Assembly (NCBI GenBank): GCA_951406725.2
Contig: OX597818.1
Span: 69,316,001 to 69,380,000 of the forward strand
DNA from: Octopus vulgaris
Lineage: Eukaryota
Length of the DNA: 64,000 nucleotides
Direction of reading: 5' to 3'
This document shows, piece after piece, positions 38,801-53,366 of the stretch; position 1 is the stretch's first letter, and each line of letters begins with the position of its first letter. A program made the position numbers and the translations under genes. Under the pieces are notes generated by a model. It was not told where the DNA came from. It searched no databases and saw only the letters and a list, made by a program, of their open reading frames with translations.

Positions 38801-39528
38801 CAGGGTGATTGAAAAGTAACTCCCTATTTTAAAATACTTATAATATATTTATTGACTATAAGTTTTAGGAAAAAAACGAATATGTAAAGAAAGTGTATCG
38901 CATGGAATTTTATTTAAAATTTGCTATAGGCATCAGCATTCACCACCAGCTTCTGAAACTGCCTGGGAACCACATCAACTGATTTCATCAGGAAGTCTTG
39001 TGGAATGAAAGACATAACTTCTCGTATTCACCCTTCAAGTTCTTCCAAAGTCATTGGTTTGGTAGAGAAGACTTCCTCCTTTAACCAACCCCAAAGAAAA
39101 CAGTCGCAGGGTGTTAAATCAGGGCTTCTTGGCCAGTCATGCAGACCTTGATGAATTGGAAGGACAACCACTTCAAGTACCAGCTACAAATCCTGTAGTC
39201 ATGAATTTTGCATGTCAATTCTTGATGAACTTTTTGCATCAACTTGAGCATGTCTTCCTCTAATGGTCCTCCATCATCTTTGCACTTGAACAACTGATCT
39301 CCAAACTTCGTAATGTGCAGCTAGATGGGCACGCTCCTGCACAGTAAAACATCTATCCATGTTTGCAGGGCTTCTAAATTTCAAACAAAATAATCCATCT
39401 AAAAGAAAAACAACATGGAATCAATTCCCATACATTAAAGAACATACACAACAAATTTGAGAAAAAAACTATTGTTGATAAATAAATTATAAGCATTTTA
39501 AAATAGGGAGTTACTTTTCCAAAATGTG
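38801..39528 (-). mobile_element. Internally deleted Tc1/mariner-superfamily transposon with TIRs
   Basis: gaaaagtaactccctattttaaaatacttataat (from 38811) is inverted at 39486-39519 with 1 mismatch, with TA flanks. Minus strand reads WPRSPDLTPCDCFLWGWLKEEVFSTKPMTLEELE. Confidence 0.92.
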
Positions 39529-39744
39529 TATACATTTATACACATATACATGTACAAGTACATTCATATATACACCCATATATACACAATAACTTTTATA
39601 TATAAGTAAGCAAATACACACATTGAGCCTGGTGCAGCTTCCCGGCTTGCCCATCTTCAGTCGGACTGTCCAATCCATGCCAGCATGGAAAGCAGACATC
39701 AAACGACGATGATGACGATGATGGGGATGAAGTGTCATGCACCA

Positions 39745-39960
39745 GCAGCACAGTGAAGAGATTACATCTTCCTGATTATGCACAGGTTCACCCCCCCCTA
39801 CTTTACCATTCTTGTCCAAACAGTTCATGATATTGTCCATCCATTGCATTCTTTGTCTGCCACTCCATCTGCTACCCTTGACCCTTCTTCTTTCCATCAT
39901 AATGCTTTCCAAACATCTGCTTCTTCAAATATGGCCATAAAAGATGAGCTTTTTTTTTTT
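39745..39960 (-). mobile_element. RTE-type LINE C-terminal relic
   Basis: ESIMMERRRVKGSRWSGRQRMQWMDNI resembles the RTE/BovB GRQRMRW.D C-terminus. Confidence 0.6.
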
Positions 39961-40801
39961 TTTTTCACAAGAGTTCTCGTGCTTCATCTTCTTGTTGTAA
40001 CATCCATTCCGTTGTCTGATTTTTCTTGTAACAGATTCGTAACATTCTCCTATTCATCCAAATTTCAAACATTGATTATGTTCTCTTCCTTGAAATTTGA
40101 GGAGAATATATGTAAGTAAATACACTTACATCGATTTACACATCATAGCATATGTTTTTTAACTTCCAGACACACATATCTAAAGACGCATGCTTAACGA
40201 CACATCTATACGGACCAAAAACACACCTTGAGACATAGACATTGTCTTAGTGACATGTAACATAGGATGGAGGCGTGTTCCAAAATGTGAACACCAAGAA
40301 ACACTTCAAAAATGTAAAGATATATAATCACACACACGCACATAAGGGTTATTGGTGTATACAAATAAACTATACAAATTCTTTAGTATGCCTGTATATG
40401 CATACACACACATACATACATAGGCACAGATGGAAAGGCATACACACATATACGTGTGAGTAGTTATAAATATAGACATAAATTTTATATCTAGAGATAT
40501 AATAACGATAAAGATTTTAACAGTTATTTTTGAAAGATTCGATGTCTTAATTATTGTTATAAGGAGGATATACATACACATACATATATTAACACATATA
40601 TATGTATGTATGTGTATGTATATAGATATCTGCATGTGCATGTGTGTATAAATATATATATTCATGTACATATTTGCAAGTGTGAGTGTGTGAATGCATG
40701 TATGTGTGTGTATATATATATATGTGTGTATGTGTATTTACAAGTATGTATATATATATGTATATATATATATATAGGTATGTAGATATATATATATATA
40801 T

Positions 40802-42086
40802 TTGAGAGCTTTGGGAGAGGGCTCCAACACCAATGTCATCTACCTTGATTTCAGTAAGGCCTTCGACAGGGTCGATCACAAGATCCTATTGAAAAAACTA
40901 TCCAACATTGGTGTCTCTGGAAAGTTACTGAAATGGATTAAGTGTTTCCTGACAGACAGATCTCAACATGTTGTAGTTGAAGGGGTAAAATCAAGCCCAG
41001 CCAAAGTCAGTAGTGGCGTTCCGCAAGGCACTGTGCTGGGCCCACTTCTTTTCATCATTTACATTAATGACATTAATGACATCATCAAGCACAGCAACAT
41101 AAAAATCTTTGCAGATGACTCCAAGCTACAGAAGGTCATAAATGAGGCGAGTGACCGGACATGCCTTCAGTCAGATCTACTGGCTGTTATCCAATGGGCA
41201 GAAAAAAACAATATGCTGCTGAACGAGGATAAATTTGAGCTAATCCACTTTGGAAAAGATGATGCCCTGAAACTCCCATACTCCCTTCCTTCAGGTGAAA
41301 CTCTCGCGGCGTCCAACAACATCAGAGACTTGGGAGTAATTGTGGACAACAACGTAAGCTGGGCCACTCATATAAACACCAAAGTTGACATGGCCCGCAG
41401 AATGTGTTCCTGGATTCTCAGAACTTTCCAGTCGAGAGATATCCACACCATTATCCTTCTCTTCTCCACTTTTGCCCGACCCCACCTTGAATACTGTTGT
41501 CCACTGTGGTCTCCCCACACAATACAAGGTTTCATAAAAGTCGAAGCACCTCAAAGGGCAATCACAAAAAAGATAGATGGCATGACAGGCCTCGACTATT
41601 GGGGTCGACTAGAAAAGCTAAAACTCTATTCTCTCCAACGTCGTCGTGAGCGCTACATCATCTGCATGATGTGGAAAATATTCCATCAGCATTGCCCAAA
41701 TGATGTTGGCATCACCTTTAAGGTACATCCAAGGCTTGGGCCCCGTGCCATCCGCCCAAAACAAAAATCGCACTCTCATCTCATAACAACAATACGGCAC
41801 AATTATTTCACCTCAATTGGCCCTGCTCTCTTTAACATTACACCAAAACACATTAAAACAGAAACTGACCCTATAGGGTTCAAGAAGTCTTTGGACAGAT
41901 TCCTTCAAGAAATCCCGGATAAACCCCCTACACCCGGATATGTCTCTGTAAACAATAACTCTCTACTTGAGTGGGCCATAGTGCCCAAATTCTGACTTGA
42001 AAGACTTCACCAGGTGGTGCTATTAAGTTAGACATGGCCTGGGCCAATAATGGCCGAAACCTATCAAAGTATCAAAGTATCAAAGT
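40802..42086 (+). mobile_element. 5'-truncated CR1-group LINE with uninterrupted 397-codon RT/C-terminal frame, 3' UTR and (ATCAAAGT)3 tail
   Basis: YLDFSKAFDRVDH, SGVPQGTVLGPLLFIIYIND, IFADD, RDLGV, RPHLEYC..LWSP and SLQRRRER; stop at 41995. Tail at 42063-42086, flanked by (TA)n. Confidence 0.96.
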
Positions 42087-44552
42087 ATATATATATAAAT
42101 ATATATATAATATACATATATATATATACATATGTAGATATGTGTGTGTATGTGTGTGTGTGTGTGCATCTATCTATCTATCTATCTATTTCCCCATTTC
42201 CCCCTCGTCACATGCCCTTCCTAATGCCAACCACACTACTAAGTGCACTGGTCATTTTCCACCTGACATCCGCACCACTGCTTTAGTCATGGTTCCAACA
42301 CCAGTGCTTTACATGTGGCATCTCCACAGGGGATTTCGAAATGGCACTAGCATGTTAATTACTAAAGGACTAAACTTAATGTTGACTCCCAGTTCCAACT
42401 GAGAGTCACAGATTTTAGAGTCTGTCGTATACTGACCATTTGTCTGAAAGCTTAGTCCTTTGTCCCTATTTCTTTGCTGTGTCCTTTGGGAAGCCGCTTC
42501 TCTCTCAGAAGTCAACTTGATATAATTGAGTGTGTACATTATAGGGTGGACTAGCTCACCCCAAACAGCCACAGCAACAGGGATAGACCTCTACGTGGTT
42601 ACCTAACCAGCTAGTAATAATAGCCACATGATACTGCATTGTTCTAAAAATGAATGACTTGGATAAGGAGGTCCTATATCCTCTACGACTTAAAAATAAA
42701 AAGACTGGATGGTCATGACTGAAACCTCTTTGATCATGGTTCAAGTTGATTAGAGCTGACCTGGGGTTTAACACCACCACCACCACCAACAACAACAACA
42801 AAACTATAAACAAGAAACAATATTTTGTTTGCTAGTATCAACAGTCTCAACAGAATTCATTAGAACACAATAGTGTCTGCGATTATATTACCATCATTCA
42901 CAGATGACAGAAAGTGAACTGTCTCAGAAGAATGAGATTACTAATATGCTAGAGATACACAAATCATTTTTACAATGATACAATCAAAAACGAAGACTGT
43001 GTGGTCGCTCAACTTGCTAGAAATAGCAGTCAAATTTGAAAGGAACGTGAGACTCTACCATATGTGAATTTGGTTTGCTGAACACTATGTCTCCCAAGGT
43101 TTTTTCCTCAGCCATATTGTTAGAAACAAATGACAGATACAAATACACAAACTGATTGTGGCCAGAATACACCTTTGCCTGATTAGGGCTGGCTTCTCAC
43201 CTAAATGCCAACAACAACAACATTCATTATGATCAGGATGGTCATCATCATTTAACGTCCGTTTTCCCTGCTGGCATGGGTTGGACAGTTTTACAGGAGT
43301 TGGCAAGCTAGAAAGCTGCATCTGGCTCTAATTATCTGTTTTGGTATGGTTACGATGGCTGGATGCCCTTCTTAACAGCAACCACCCTATAGAGTGCACT
43401 GGCTGCTTTTTATGTGGCACCAGCATTGAGGCATCAATTCTGAATAGTAAACAATTCCGTCCTTGGATACCTAATTCCAGGAAAGTGGTTTGGATTATTG
43501 AAAATTAGATGTTATGAATTTAGACAAGACTCCAAAAAAAGGCTCAAAATAACAAAATGACATCTTAATAATGGAGTTGATACGTTTTGCTTCCACAGGT
43601 GATTCAGCCAGGTGAGAATGTTTAATAGCCACAGGTCAGTTCACGGTGTCTATAAGCCACAGGTCAGTCCTGTGAAAGCAAATAAATGATCATAGAAAGT
43701 TCAATCATGACCTTCTTATTTCTTTTTTCAGACAGTTTTTCTTTTTCATTTCTTTTTTCTTTTTTTTTTACCTTGTGTTGCTGGTTTCCATAGACTATAA
43801 GTGACTTACGTTAGCACATTCCTTCTGAATGGGATTCCAGTTTTATACAGAATTCAGAAATTTTTAGCGGAGGGGGACAAGTCACTGACATCAATTCCAG
43901 TACTTTATTTTATTGATCCCCAAATGATGAAAGGCAAAGTTGACCTAGGTAGGATTTGAACTCCAAACAAAGAGTCAGAAGGAATGCCACTGAGCCTTTT
44001 GCTTGCTCACAAGTCTGCCACCATCTTGTCTTAGAGTTCTTTTACACTGAGGATATTTATCATCTAGAAATGGGAAGGTGAGTGGCTCAGTGTTTGGCTC
44101 ATGATTGTAAAGTTGTGAGTTCAGTTCCTGACTGTGCATTGCATCCTCAACCAAAGTACTTGTTTTTCACGTTGCTCCAGTCCACTCAGCTCGAAAAAAA
44201 TGAGTGGTACCTGTATTTGAAAGGAGCCAGCCATGTTACAATCTGTGTAACACTGAATCTCCCTGAGAACCATGTTAAGTGAATGTTTGTGTGTGGAGTA
44301 CTCAGCCACTTGCATGATAGTATCATGAGCATTCTGTTCTGTTCTGTTAATCAGATCAAGTGGATCCTTCATCAGTGCAGCTGGCAGAGTGCCAGTGTGT
44401 ATGTGCAGTACTGCGGCAAATGTGACATGTGCCACCATAGGCTGAACACAGATAGGAATAAAGAAGGAAAGAGTTGGTCAATTTCGATGGCAGTCAGTTA
44501 GGATTAGGGAGTGAGAGAAAGAGAAAGTGAGGCTGTATTTGTGAGAGAGACT

Positions 44553-44922
44553 TTCTTTACTCTTTTACTTGTTTCAGTCATTTGACTGCGGCCATGTTGG
44601 AGCACCGCCTTTAATCGAGCAACTCGACCCCGGGACTTATTCTTTTGTAAGCCCAGTACTTATTCTATCGGTCTCTTTTGCCGAACCGCTAAGTAACGGG
44701 GACATAAACACACCAGCATCAGTTGTGTTTATGACACAGTCACACAAACACACACACGCATACATATATATATATATACATATATGCGACGGGCTTCTTT
44801 CAGTTTCCGTCTACCAAATCCACTCACAAGGCTTTGGTCGGCCCAAGGCTATAGTAGAAGACACTTGCCCGAGGTGCCACGCAGTGGGACTGAACCCGGA
44901 ACCATGTGGTTGGTAAACAAGC
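44553..44922 (-). mobile_element. SINE family A, low-divergence copy (5' end clipped)
   Basis: CpG-retaining reverse complement of the 33599 element. Confidence 0.9.
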
Positions 44923-45461
44923 TGTATATTAGTCACTCCTGCATCAGTGCTTGTTTTTGTCACTCTCCAGTTACCATCCATTCAGTAAGTAATTTGATAC
45001 AACTTGTGTTATGGGTGGTACTGCTGCAAAATGACTGCCCTGAGATTTCATAATGGGAAAGAGGAATAAGTAACCCCATTACGGTCCTTGGTCATATTAT
45101 TTTGTCATCTTAATATTGGTGACTTGTATGTAAGAAGAACTGGTGATGGTATTATGTTAGCAGCCCTGGTGATAGTACCATGTTAGAAGCACTGGTGATG
45201 GTACCACATAAAAGGTGCTTGTGCTGGTACCACATAAAAAGCAGCCAGTCCACACTTTGTAAAGTGTTTGGGATTAAGGAAGAGCATCCAGCTGTAGAAA
45301 CCATGCCAAAACAGATGAGGGAACCTAATGTGGCCCCGGATCTTGCCAGTTCCTGTCAAGCTGTCCAACACATGCCTGCATGGAAAATGGATATTAAACA
45401 ATGGTGAGGATGATGATGATGATGTGGTATGTTGGTAGAATCATGTGTTTGTGTGTATGCA

Positions 45462-45493
<32 letters not shown>

Positions 45494-45689
45494 GTGTTGG
45501 TGTGTCTAAATCCTCATAACTTAGTAGTTTGGCAAAAGCAACTGACAGAAGAAGAACCAGGCATTAAAAAAGAAATTAGCACTGAGGCTGATTTGTTCAA
45601 ACAAAAAGATTCTTTTAAGTAGTGCCCCAGCATGGCCATCGTCAAATGACTGAAAAACATGAAAGAAAAAGAGAAAGAAAAGCATTGAA

Positions 45690-45720
<31 letters not shown>

Positions 45721-46758
45721 GGAGGAGGAGGAGGAGGAGGAGGAGGAGGAGCACAACGACGACAACGATGACGATGATGATGACGACTATGATGCTACCA
45801 TTGTTTTAAAAATTAGTAATTTGCAGTGAAATACTGTTCAACTTATTGAGATTACCATTAAGTCATAAACGATGGAAGGACTTTATTCATCAGAGATGGA
45901 TTAGGGTTGACCTTGGACTAAACAACAACAGCAACAACAGCAGCAGCAGCAGCAGCAGTGGCATCTACTGCAACTTCAGCAATAACAATCCTTCAACAAC
46001 AGAATATATTCCTTTGTCCTTCATTCAACGTTCCTTCATTCATGACTTTCAACAGACGTTGTTCTCTCTCTCTCTGAATTTGTTATTCATATTCATTCGT
46101 TCATTAAAGCAGATTTTACTGGAGAAATGCCTATTCAAAAGTTTGATATAAAATAAGAATTTTATGACTGTATTTTCTAGAAATAATTCATCACAAAATT
46201 GCCATCAGATTATATAATATTTTATTTGATTCTTAAACAATGGAAGTGTTCAGTTTATGAAAATCTTGCCATTGTTTCAAAACTTGTAATTTTCAGGATT
46301 TATTTGACGTATTAAAGTTTGAAACGCTGTTAGCTGTTTTAACGAAGTCTTTGATGAAAGTTTAGAGCCACGAAAGTTCTTTCACCTTACAGTTTATTGA
46401 ATGTTATGCTCAGCTAGATTTCGAAAGAATCGGTTAGATTGGAATGATGCTGCAGAGTCATTAGAGTTAATGATTGCTGCTAATAATGTCCTGATTAGTG
46501 GCAGAGCATTCAGTATGAATGCCTCCAGCTGAGGCCAAGATGAAAGTTAATTAAGAAATCAACCTTATGAAAAGAAATTGGTGATTCAGCATATTTCCAT
46601 GGAAGGTGGTGGTGGTGGTGACGGTGGTGGGGGGCATTAGGGGTGGGGAAGGGGCTCGCTAAACATAAGTGTTGAAGGATTGAAAATGAAGATAAGGATT
46701 TCCATACGAATCGTTATCCACCATGTTGATAGCAAGATGCTCTTTGATATTCGCTCTA

Positions 46759-46920
46759 TATCATCATCATCATCATCATCATCGCCATCATCATCATCAT
46801 CATCATCGTCGTCGCCATCATCATCATCATCATCATCATCGTCATCATCAACATTACCATCATCGTCGTCATCATCATCGTCATCATCACCATTACCATC
46901 ATCGTCGTCATCACCATCAC

Positions 46921-46964
<44 letters not shown>

Positions 46965-47023
46965 CCACCACCACCATCATCATCATCATCTTCATCATCA
47001 TCTTCATCATCATCACCATCATC
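46759..47023. repeat. (CAT)n microsatellite
   Basis: Direct read. Confidence 0.95.
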
Positions 47024-47714
47024 AGAACTATACGTACTTGTATGTATGTGGAGGCACGTGGGCTGGTAGTTAGGATATTTGCCTCACAATCATAAAGTTG
47101 TGGGTTCAATCCCTGGTGGCACGTTGTGTCCATCAGCAAAACATTTTATTTCATGTTACTCCTGTCCATTCAGCTGGCAAAAATAATTTCTACCTGTAAT
47201 TCAAAAGGACCAACTTTGTCACACTGTGTTCCATGGGAACATTAAGGGTACGCATGTCTGTGGAGTACTCAGCCACTTGCCTGTTAATTTCAAGAGCAGG
47301 TTGTTTGGTTGAGTGGATCACTTGGAACACTGGTTTTCATAATCGATGGAGTGCCAGTTATGTATGTATAAATGGATCCTAGCTGTGGGCTAATTACCCT
47401 GAGAACCACTGTGAGTTAAGGACCTCACCAGTTCTCATTAAACATTTCTTCTAGAAGAAGGTAAATTCATAAGACGACACCTGAAGTGCAATTGGTTTCG
47501 GGTCATTTCAACCTCTGCTTTGCCACTGGTTTTATGGCTGATTCCCCTGAAAAGTGGGATCAGTGCTGGACAACATTTGACCCCCTCAAACCAAATTCCT
47601 TCACAGGAACTCCTTTTGACTCTCAGAATGTTTGCACGGATTTACCAAGATTAAAGAGTGATCTTACTGAGTCATGAGTCGACTTCCACCATTTGTTTTT
47701 TTTGTTTATCTTTT

Positions 47715-48112
47715 GCTGTTTATTTGTTTCAGTCATTAGACTGTGGCCATGCTGGGGCACTGGCTTGAAGAATTGTTGAACAGGTTGATCCTGTTTCTTT
47801 TTTTTAAGCTTTGAACTTATTCTATCGAACTCTTTTGATGAACCGTTAAGTTATGGGGACATAAATACACAAGCACTGGTTGTTAAGTATTGGTGGAGGA
47901 GAAACACAGACACAAAGACAGACAGACACACATACACACACACACACATACACACGTATATATGCAGCAGGATTCTTTCAATTTCCATCTACCAAATCCA
48001 CTCACAAGGCCTAAGGCTATAGTAGAAGACACTTGCCGAAGGTGCCATGCAGTGGGACTGAACCTGGTACCATGTGGTTGGTAAGCAAGCTTCTTACCAC
48101 ACTTCCACGCCT
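47715..48112 (-). mobile_element. SINE family A copy
   Basis: Reverse complement of the 33599 element. Confidence 0.85.
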
Positions 48113-48136
48113 GCACCAATGTATATATTTTGCACA

Positions 48137-48182
<46 letters not shown>

Positions 48183-48199
48183 CACACACACACACACAT

Positions 48200-48245
<46 letters not shown>

Positions 48246-50149
48246 ACACACAATCAGAAACAACAGAAGCTGGTTGTCATGGTGAGAATAACATTGATCA
48301 TAGGCTTCTAAATCAGATTCGATTTGGGTTTAATGGCAACAACAACAACAACAACAAAAATTGGAATTGTCCCAGCTGGAACACCATTGATCAAGGGATC
48401 GACTGGTTTGATTCTCAAAAATAGGCCTAAACAACAACAACAACAACAACAACAACAGCAGCAGCAGCAGTGGCTGTGTATTTTGTTGACATCAAATAAA
48501 CAAAAGAAAAACCATTTGTTGTCTGCCAGGCTTTTCACACATTAAAGAGTCGAATTTGGGGTAATTTTGACAATGTTGGTTCAATTCTTGTCATGGGGAG
48601 AGCCAGGCCTTTTGTATTTATTGAAATTTGTGAAATTTGTTGAAGAATTTTTACTGCCAGACACCACCAGCAGTTTCTTCAGCGATTATGTATATAGCGT
48701 TATTAGATATTTATATTGCCATAAAAACTTGCAGACTTGTGTGCTTACTGGCACAGAGAGAATTATGACTTAAAAACACCTATCTCAAATCAAAGTAAAT
48801 CAAAGCGAAACACCGAGATTGAATTTATCACCAATTTATCAAACATTTATCACCACACAAACAAAGCTTAAATGTAAGCAACAAGATAAAATGTTGAAGT
48901 TAAATGGAATAATATGGGAGTCATGATGGTTACTGAAAACACACACACACACACACACATATACATGCACACACACACACACATATATATTAGAGTACGT
49001 ATGCATAGATATACATACATACACATTTCTTTTGTAATGTGGTATTATATAAAGTGTCAAAGATATGACTTTGTACATTTATGACCTGACTGGTAGTTAC
49101 TATTCTACTACGTCTGGAATAGTATCAGTGAACAGTTTGTAGTATCTTCTACTGACCAAAGCTGACCAAAGACTCCTCAAGTGGATTTGGTAGACTAAAA
49201 CTGAAAGAAGCTTGTTGTTTAATTTCACACACACACACACATATCCCCACACACACACACATACCCCCCACACACACATACCCCCCACACACACATGGTG
49301 ATTGCTCCACCTTCACAGTTGATTACTATCCCCTTGTGCTTCCTCATTGTCAATGTCATTTCTAACTTTCCATCCATGACCTCTCAGATGACCATTTGGT
49401 CCCATTGCAGATCTACACGGTTTGAAGCATCTGTGACAGACAAAATTTCTAACTGATTGTGGACTTCCAGCCAGTTGGGTGAGCATGTCTCACCACTTTT
49501 CTGTCACCAAATGATTTTCCATAGATTAGATGACGAATGAGGCCACCAATGGAGAGACAGCTGAACGGCCCTGGATTATAGGGGTAAATACTTGTACAAA
49601 ACAAGTACCTCTCCCCGAGTCTCTATGATTAATACCTAGTGACAGGATGAAGCAAGTTGACCATAATTATGCGAAACAACAGGTTTTAGATCAAAGTGTC
49701 CCTCTGGTATTACAGGAAGTGAGGACTTAAACCATAACACAGCGAAGGTCCCATCACAGCCCAACCTCAAACGTGACTAGTTTAGGAATGTGAATTTTCC
49801 AATGCCACCAGATGACTTTAAGCCTCTCTCAACTACTGTAGTTGCCCTTCTGGAGAGACTAGAGGGATAATAATTATATGGAGAAGTGCACTGAGCCGAT
49901 ATGGATGCTGAAAACAGCAGTTAAGATAACCCATCTGGGAAGGCAGTCATTTTTTAATGCAATTCTATATGGAGACAGAGATGGAGTCCAAAAGTCACAA
50001 TGAAGGCCATCCTTGGAGAGCAAGTAAACATTGATGCTGTGTATAGCTGATGCTTTAGTTTGGATTGAAAACCTCTTTAATCCTGATGATACAATAAAGT
50101 AGGGAGAGAGAGAGGTGGGGGTGGGGTGAAATGACAGTCAGAGAAATGA

Positions 50150-50920
50150 ATAAGAATATGAAAATAATGAAAATGCCTCAAAATGTCTGGGATAATCACT
50201 GGTATGCTGAAAGCATCGTAGTATAAGAAGAAGACATCGTATTCAGTGACTGATGCAACAGTATCGTCCTCAAGTGCCGAAAGACCAAAGAAGGCATTCT
50301 GGGACGAAACAGCTGTAGAGATATCAAATTTGATGGACCAGGTTATGAAAAGTCACTGAAAAATTTATACCAAACTGATTAAGAGACAAATTAGCTTAGA
50401 ATGACAACATGGCTCTTCCTAATGAGACAACTACAAAAGTTCATAGCTAAGAGCAAACCTCCACACCTAGCATTCTTTGAAGTGGAGAAGATCTTTTACA
50501 AAGTATTACAGTCTATGATGTAAAGGTCATAAAGAAATTAGGTGAAGATAAATGGTTTGTGAGAGACTTAAAAACTCATGTATATAAAGATGTCATCAAT
50601 AAAGTTATGTTGGGCATTCTGCTAAATGGCTCTGTGCATTTGAATTCAATGTAGTATTTAAAGATGGACACCAATCAGAAGTCAATTTTTACACAGAAGC
50701 ACACTTATAATTAAAATACCTCTGGCCATAACAGAGGAGTTTAAAACTGGTCATTTGTGGAAACTAGTGTGTGTGTGTGTGTGTGTTGATGACTTTAGTC
50801 CTTTTTAGCCTTTTCTTTCAAAGTGTTAAGGAAAAAATTCCAAACATGAATGATTACCCTAAAACCAAATGACCTTGAAAATAGAAAAAACATAGCCATG
50901 ACTAAAGTTTTAGCAAGAAT
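50150..50920 (+). mobile_element. Heavily decayed RTE LINE RT fragment
   Basis: Patchy similarity to 21990-22790: agtgactg, atcaaatttgatggaccaggttatgaaa, gagtttaaaactgg. Confidence 0.65.
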
Positions 50921-51699
50921 AAAACTCTGCAGCGTGTGCGCACAAACAGGCTGACATAACAAAGAAGGATTTTGCGTGCAGCAGATTTGTGTCCAGTGAA
51001 GAGTAAGAACATTTATCTGTACTCGTTGTTAAGGAGGTCACCAGCTTTTTGTCCATTGTCATAACAATCATGACCAGCCACCATTTCTCGGATTACATTA
51101 TGCTGACATCACACATTTGCTTAATCTATGGGAAATAGCAGCCAAATGCCCCCACAACAGAACCATCTGAAATATATAAAAAAAAAAGAAAAACACATTG
51201 CATCATAAAAACAAATAAAAACAAAATGTGAAATCCATGGCTGAAATGGTTCTAACAATAGCTCGGCTTCATTATGAATGACTCAGGACATAACCACCAC
51301 CACCACCACCACCAATACCAACAACAACAACAACAACAACAGCAATGACAACAACAACAATAGTGAAAACATAGAAATAAATAAATAAACGGACAAGTGC
51401 AGAAAAGTTTAAACCGAAACAAGTTTGTTCTGATGGTTCATTCCTTGAAATATGGAAACAAAGCTTCCATTCACATCACTATTTCGTTATTGATTTAATG
51501 AATAAAGTCGTATAAACGAAGATCTTACAACAATCGCATGAGAGACAGAAAGAAAGAAGAGAAACCCCCTCCTCTGCTTGTCAGACCATGACATCTTACC
51601 TTTGGTCTTGTAAAAGGTAAAGGTGTACATTTATAGAGGTGGTGTCCTTTGACTGTTGTGGGTCGTGGTGGGAGGAGAAATAGATCGAAATGAACTATT

Positions 51700-52310
51700 A
51701 TCATGCAGAACAAGTGTATGAATGTTCTGGGCAAGTAGCCACCGCCTCCATACTTGCAGATCTCTGCCAGCAGCAGCAGGATGGTCTTGTTGCCAAGTGC
51801 TTTGCCAGTTAACATTTCCTTAACGGAAAGTTTGGCTTCTTCTGCCTTAGTTGGGCAAAAATCTGTCAACAATTGTTGAGAATATTCACATGAATATATA
51901 TACATGAATCTATGACTGTATGCATAGGCATGTATGTACATGTATATGTACATGTATATGCATAAATATATATATATGTATGTATGTATATATATGTCTA
52001 TATATACATATACATATATATACATATAAAGTTGTACATTTATTCCTAATACCTTCTGGCAGATTCGGACATGAATATGGTAATTGCTGATACATTTCTC
52101 GAGGGGGGCATCTTCTCCTTTAAGACTATGTGTCCTTAACACACACGTTTCACTAGTGCAAGGGATTGTGGGTCAAAATGTGCAAGGGATTCTGGGAAGC
52201 AGATGTTTCAGCAAGTTCTGTCTCATCAGCCTGATGTATCCAAACTCACAAATCCCACAAGAGCTGATGGCTTGTGTTTATAATTTCAGTGAACAAACTG
52301 CTTGCTAATG
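51700..52310 (-). mobile_element. Decayed RTE-like LINE fragments split by a microsatellite
   Basis: [21 protein letters not shown]...AEICKYGG resembles the RTE pre-RT GKAPG..AEIYK.GG motif. Confidence 0.55.
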
Positions 52311-52489
52311 AGCCTTGATATTTACCAATCAATAATAAATCGTTATTTACACAATGATCAACAAGAATGAATACAATGACTTGCATATTTATTTTTGATA
52401 CTTTCTCCTCCAGATTTGAACCCAAAACTTCTAATTACCGTCGTGTTTGTCACAGGAGAACAGCTTTCCCTTATGTCTTTGTGTTGATG

Positions 52490-53310
52490 CAAATCTCCTC
52501 AAATCTCAAGAATCTTTCTTGGGGTTCTCACAGAATGCCTGATGGTATGTTTTGGCAGGTTGACAATATGTTTCTTAATTCCAATATTCCTCAGTCTTAG
52601 TTTGGATATTGTACCAAGTGCACCAATTTCCACAGAAACACTTGCCATATTTGTCTTCCACAGCCTCTTAATCTTCGTTCTTGCTAAGTCCTGATATTTT
52701 TCAGTTTTCTTTTATATCCATTCTATTATAAGGTATTCTTTTCTACTCTAGGCATGAGGCCCAAAGGTTTTGGGAAGGGGCCAGTCAATTAGATCGGCCC
52801 CAGTATGCAACTGGTACTTAATTTATCGATCCTGAAAGGTTGAAAGGCAAAGTCGACCTCGGCAGGATTGGAACTCAGAACGTAAAGACAGGCAAAATAC
52901 TGCTAAGCATTTCATCTGGTGTGCTAACGTTTCTGCCAGCTCACTGCTTTACTCTATTATAAGGTATTGCAAAATCTATGATCTTACACTGTTTCTGACT
53001 TTTTTCTTTTCTTTTTCTTTTTTTCTTGTCCACTACACTCATATCTGGTCTCCTTGTATCAATGTTATGGTGAACTTTTATGGAAAAATCCCATGAAAAT
53101 CCTGTAGTCATCATTCACCATTACAACCCATGGCTCATATTCAAGCCACTTTTCTGTTACTTTGGATTCACACACTCAGCTAATATTCCAATGCAACTTT
53201 TAACCAATTCAGTTATGCTTGTGCTTATACTCTTCTTGTGCTAGCTTGCTGCATTCACTTAAGTGATGGTTGGTGCTTTTGTCTCCCTTTCCACAGATTC
53301 TGTGTTTGCC
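52490..53310 (-). mobile_element. R4/Dong-type RLE retrotransposon 3' relic (zinc knuckle plus restriction-like endonuclease)
   Basis: HRICGKGDKSTNHHLSECSKLAQEEYKHKHN, WDF, TRRPDM, KIIDFAIPYN, EKYQDLA and IGALGTI. Confidence 0.9.
52738..52952 (-). mobile_element. SINE family B nested in the RLE relic, 16-bp TSD
   Basis: TSD tctattataaggtatt at 52722-52737 and 52953-52968. Confidence 0.92.
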
Positions 53311-53366
53311 TTCTGACTGAGTTTTATAATCTTTGTCTTTATCAAGTTTTTCTAATAGCTTGTTCT

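Noticed and set aside
42036-42065. Hairpin plus GAAAC in the LINE 3' UTR as a hammerhead
   Set aside because: No CUGANGA precedes the hairpin; it is better explained as a LINE 3' recognition stem-loop.
49450-50040. Possible RTE 5' UTR with an HDV-like ribozyme
   Set aside because: I could not assign the nested double-pseudoknot pairings, so it is unsupported without a descriptor search.
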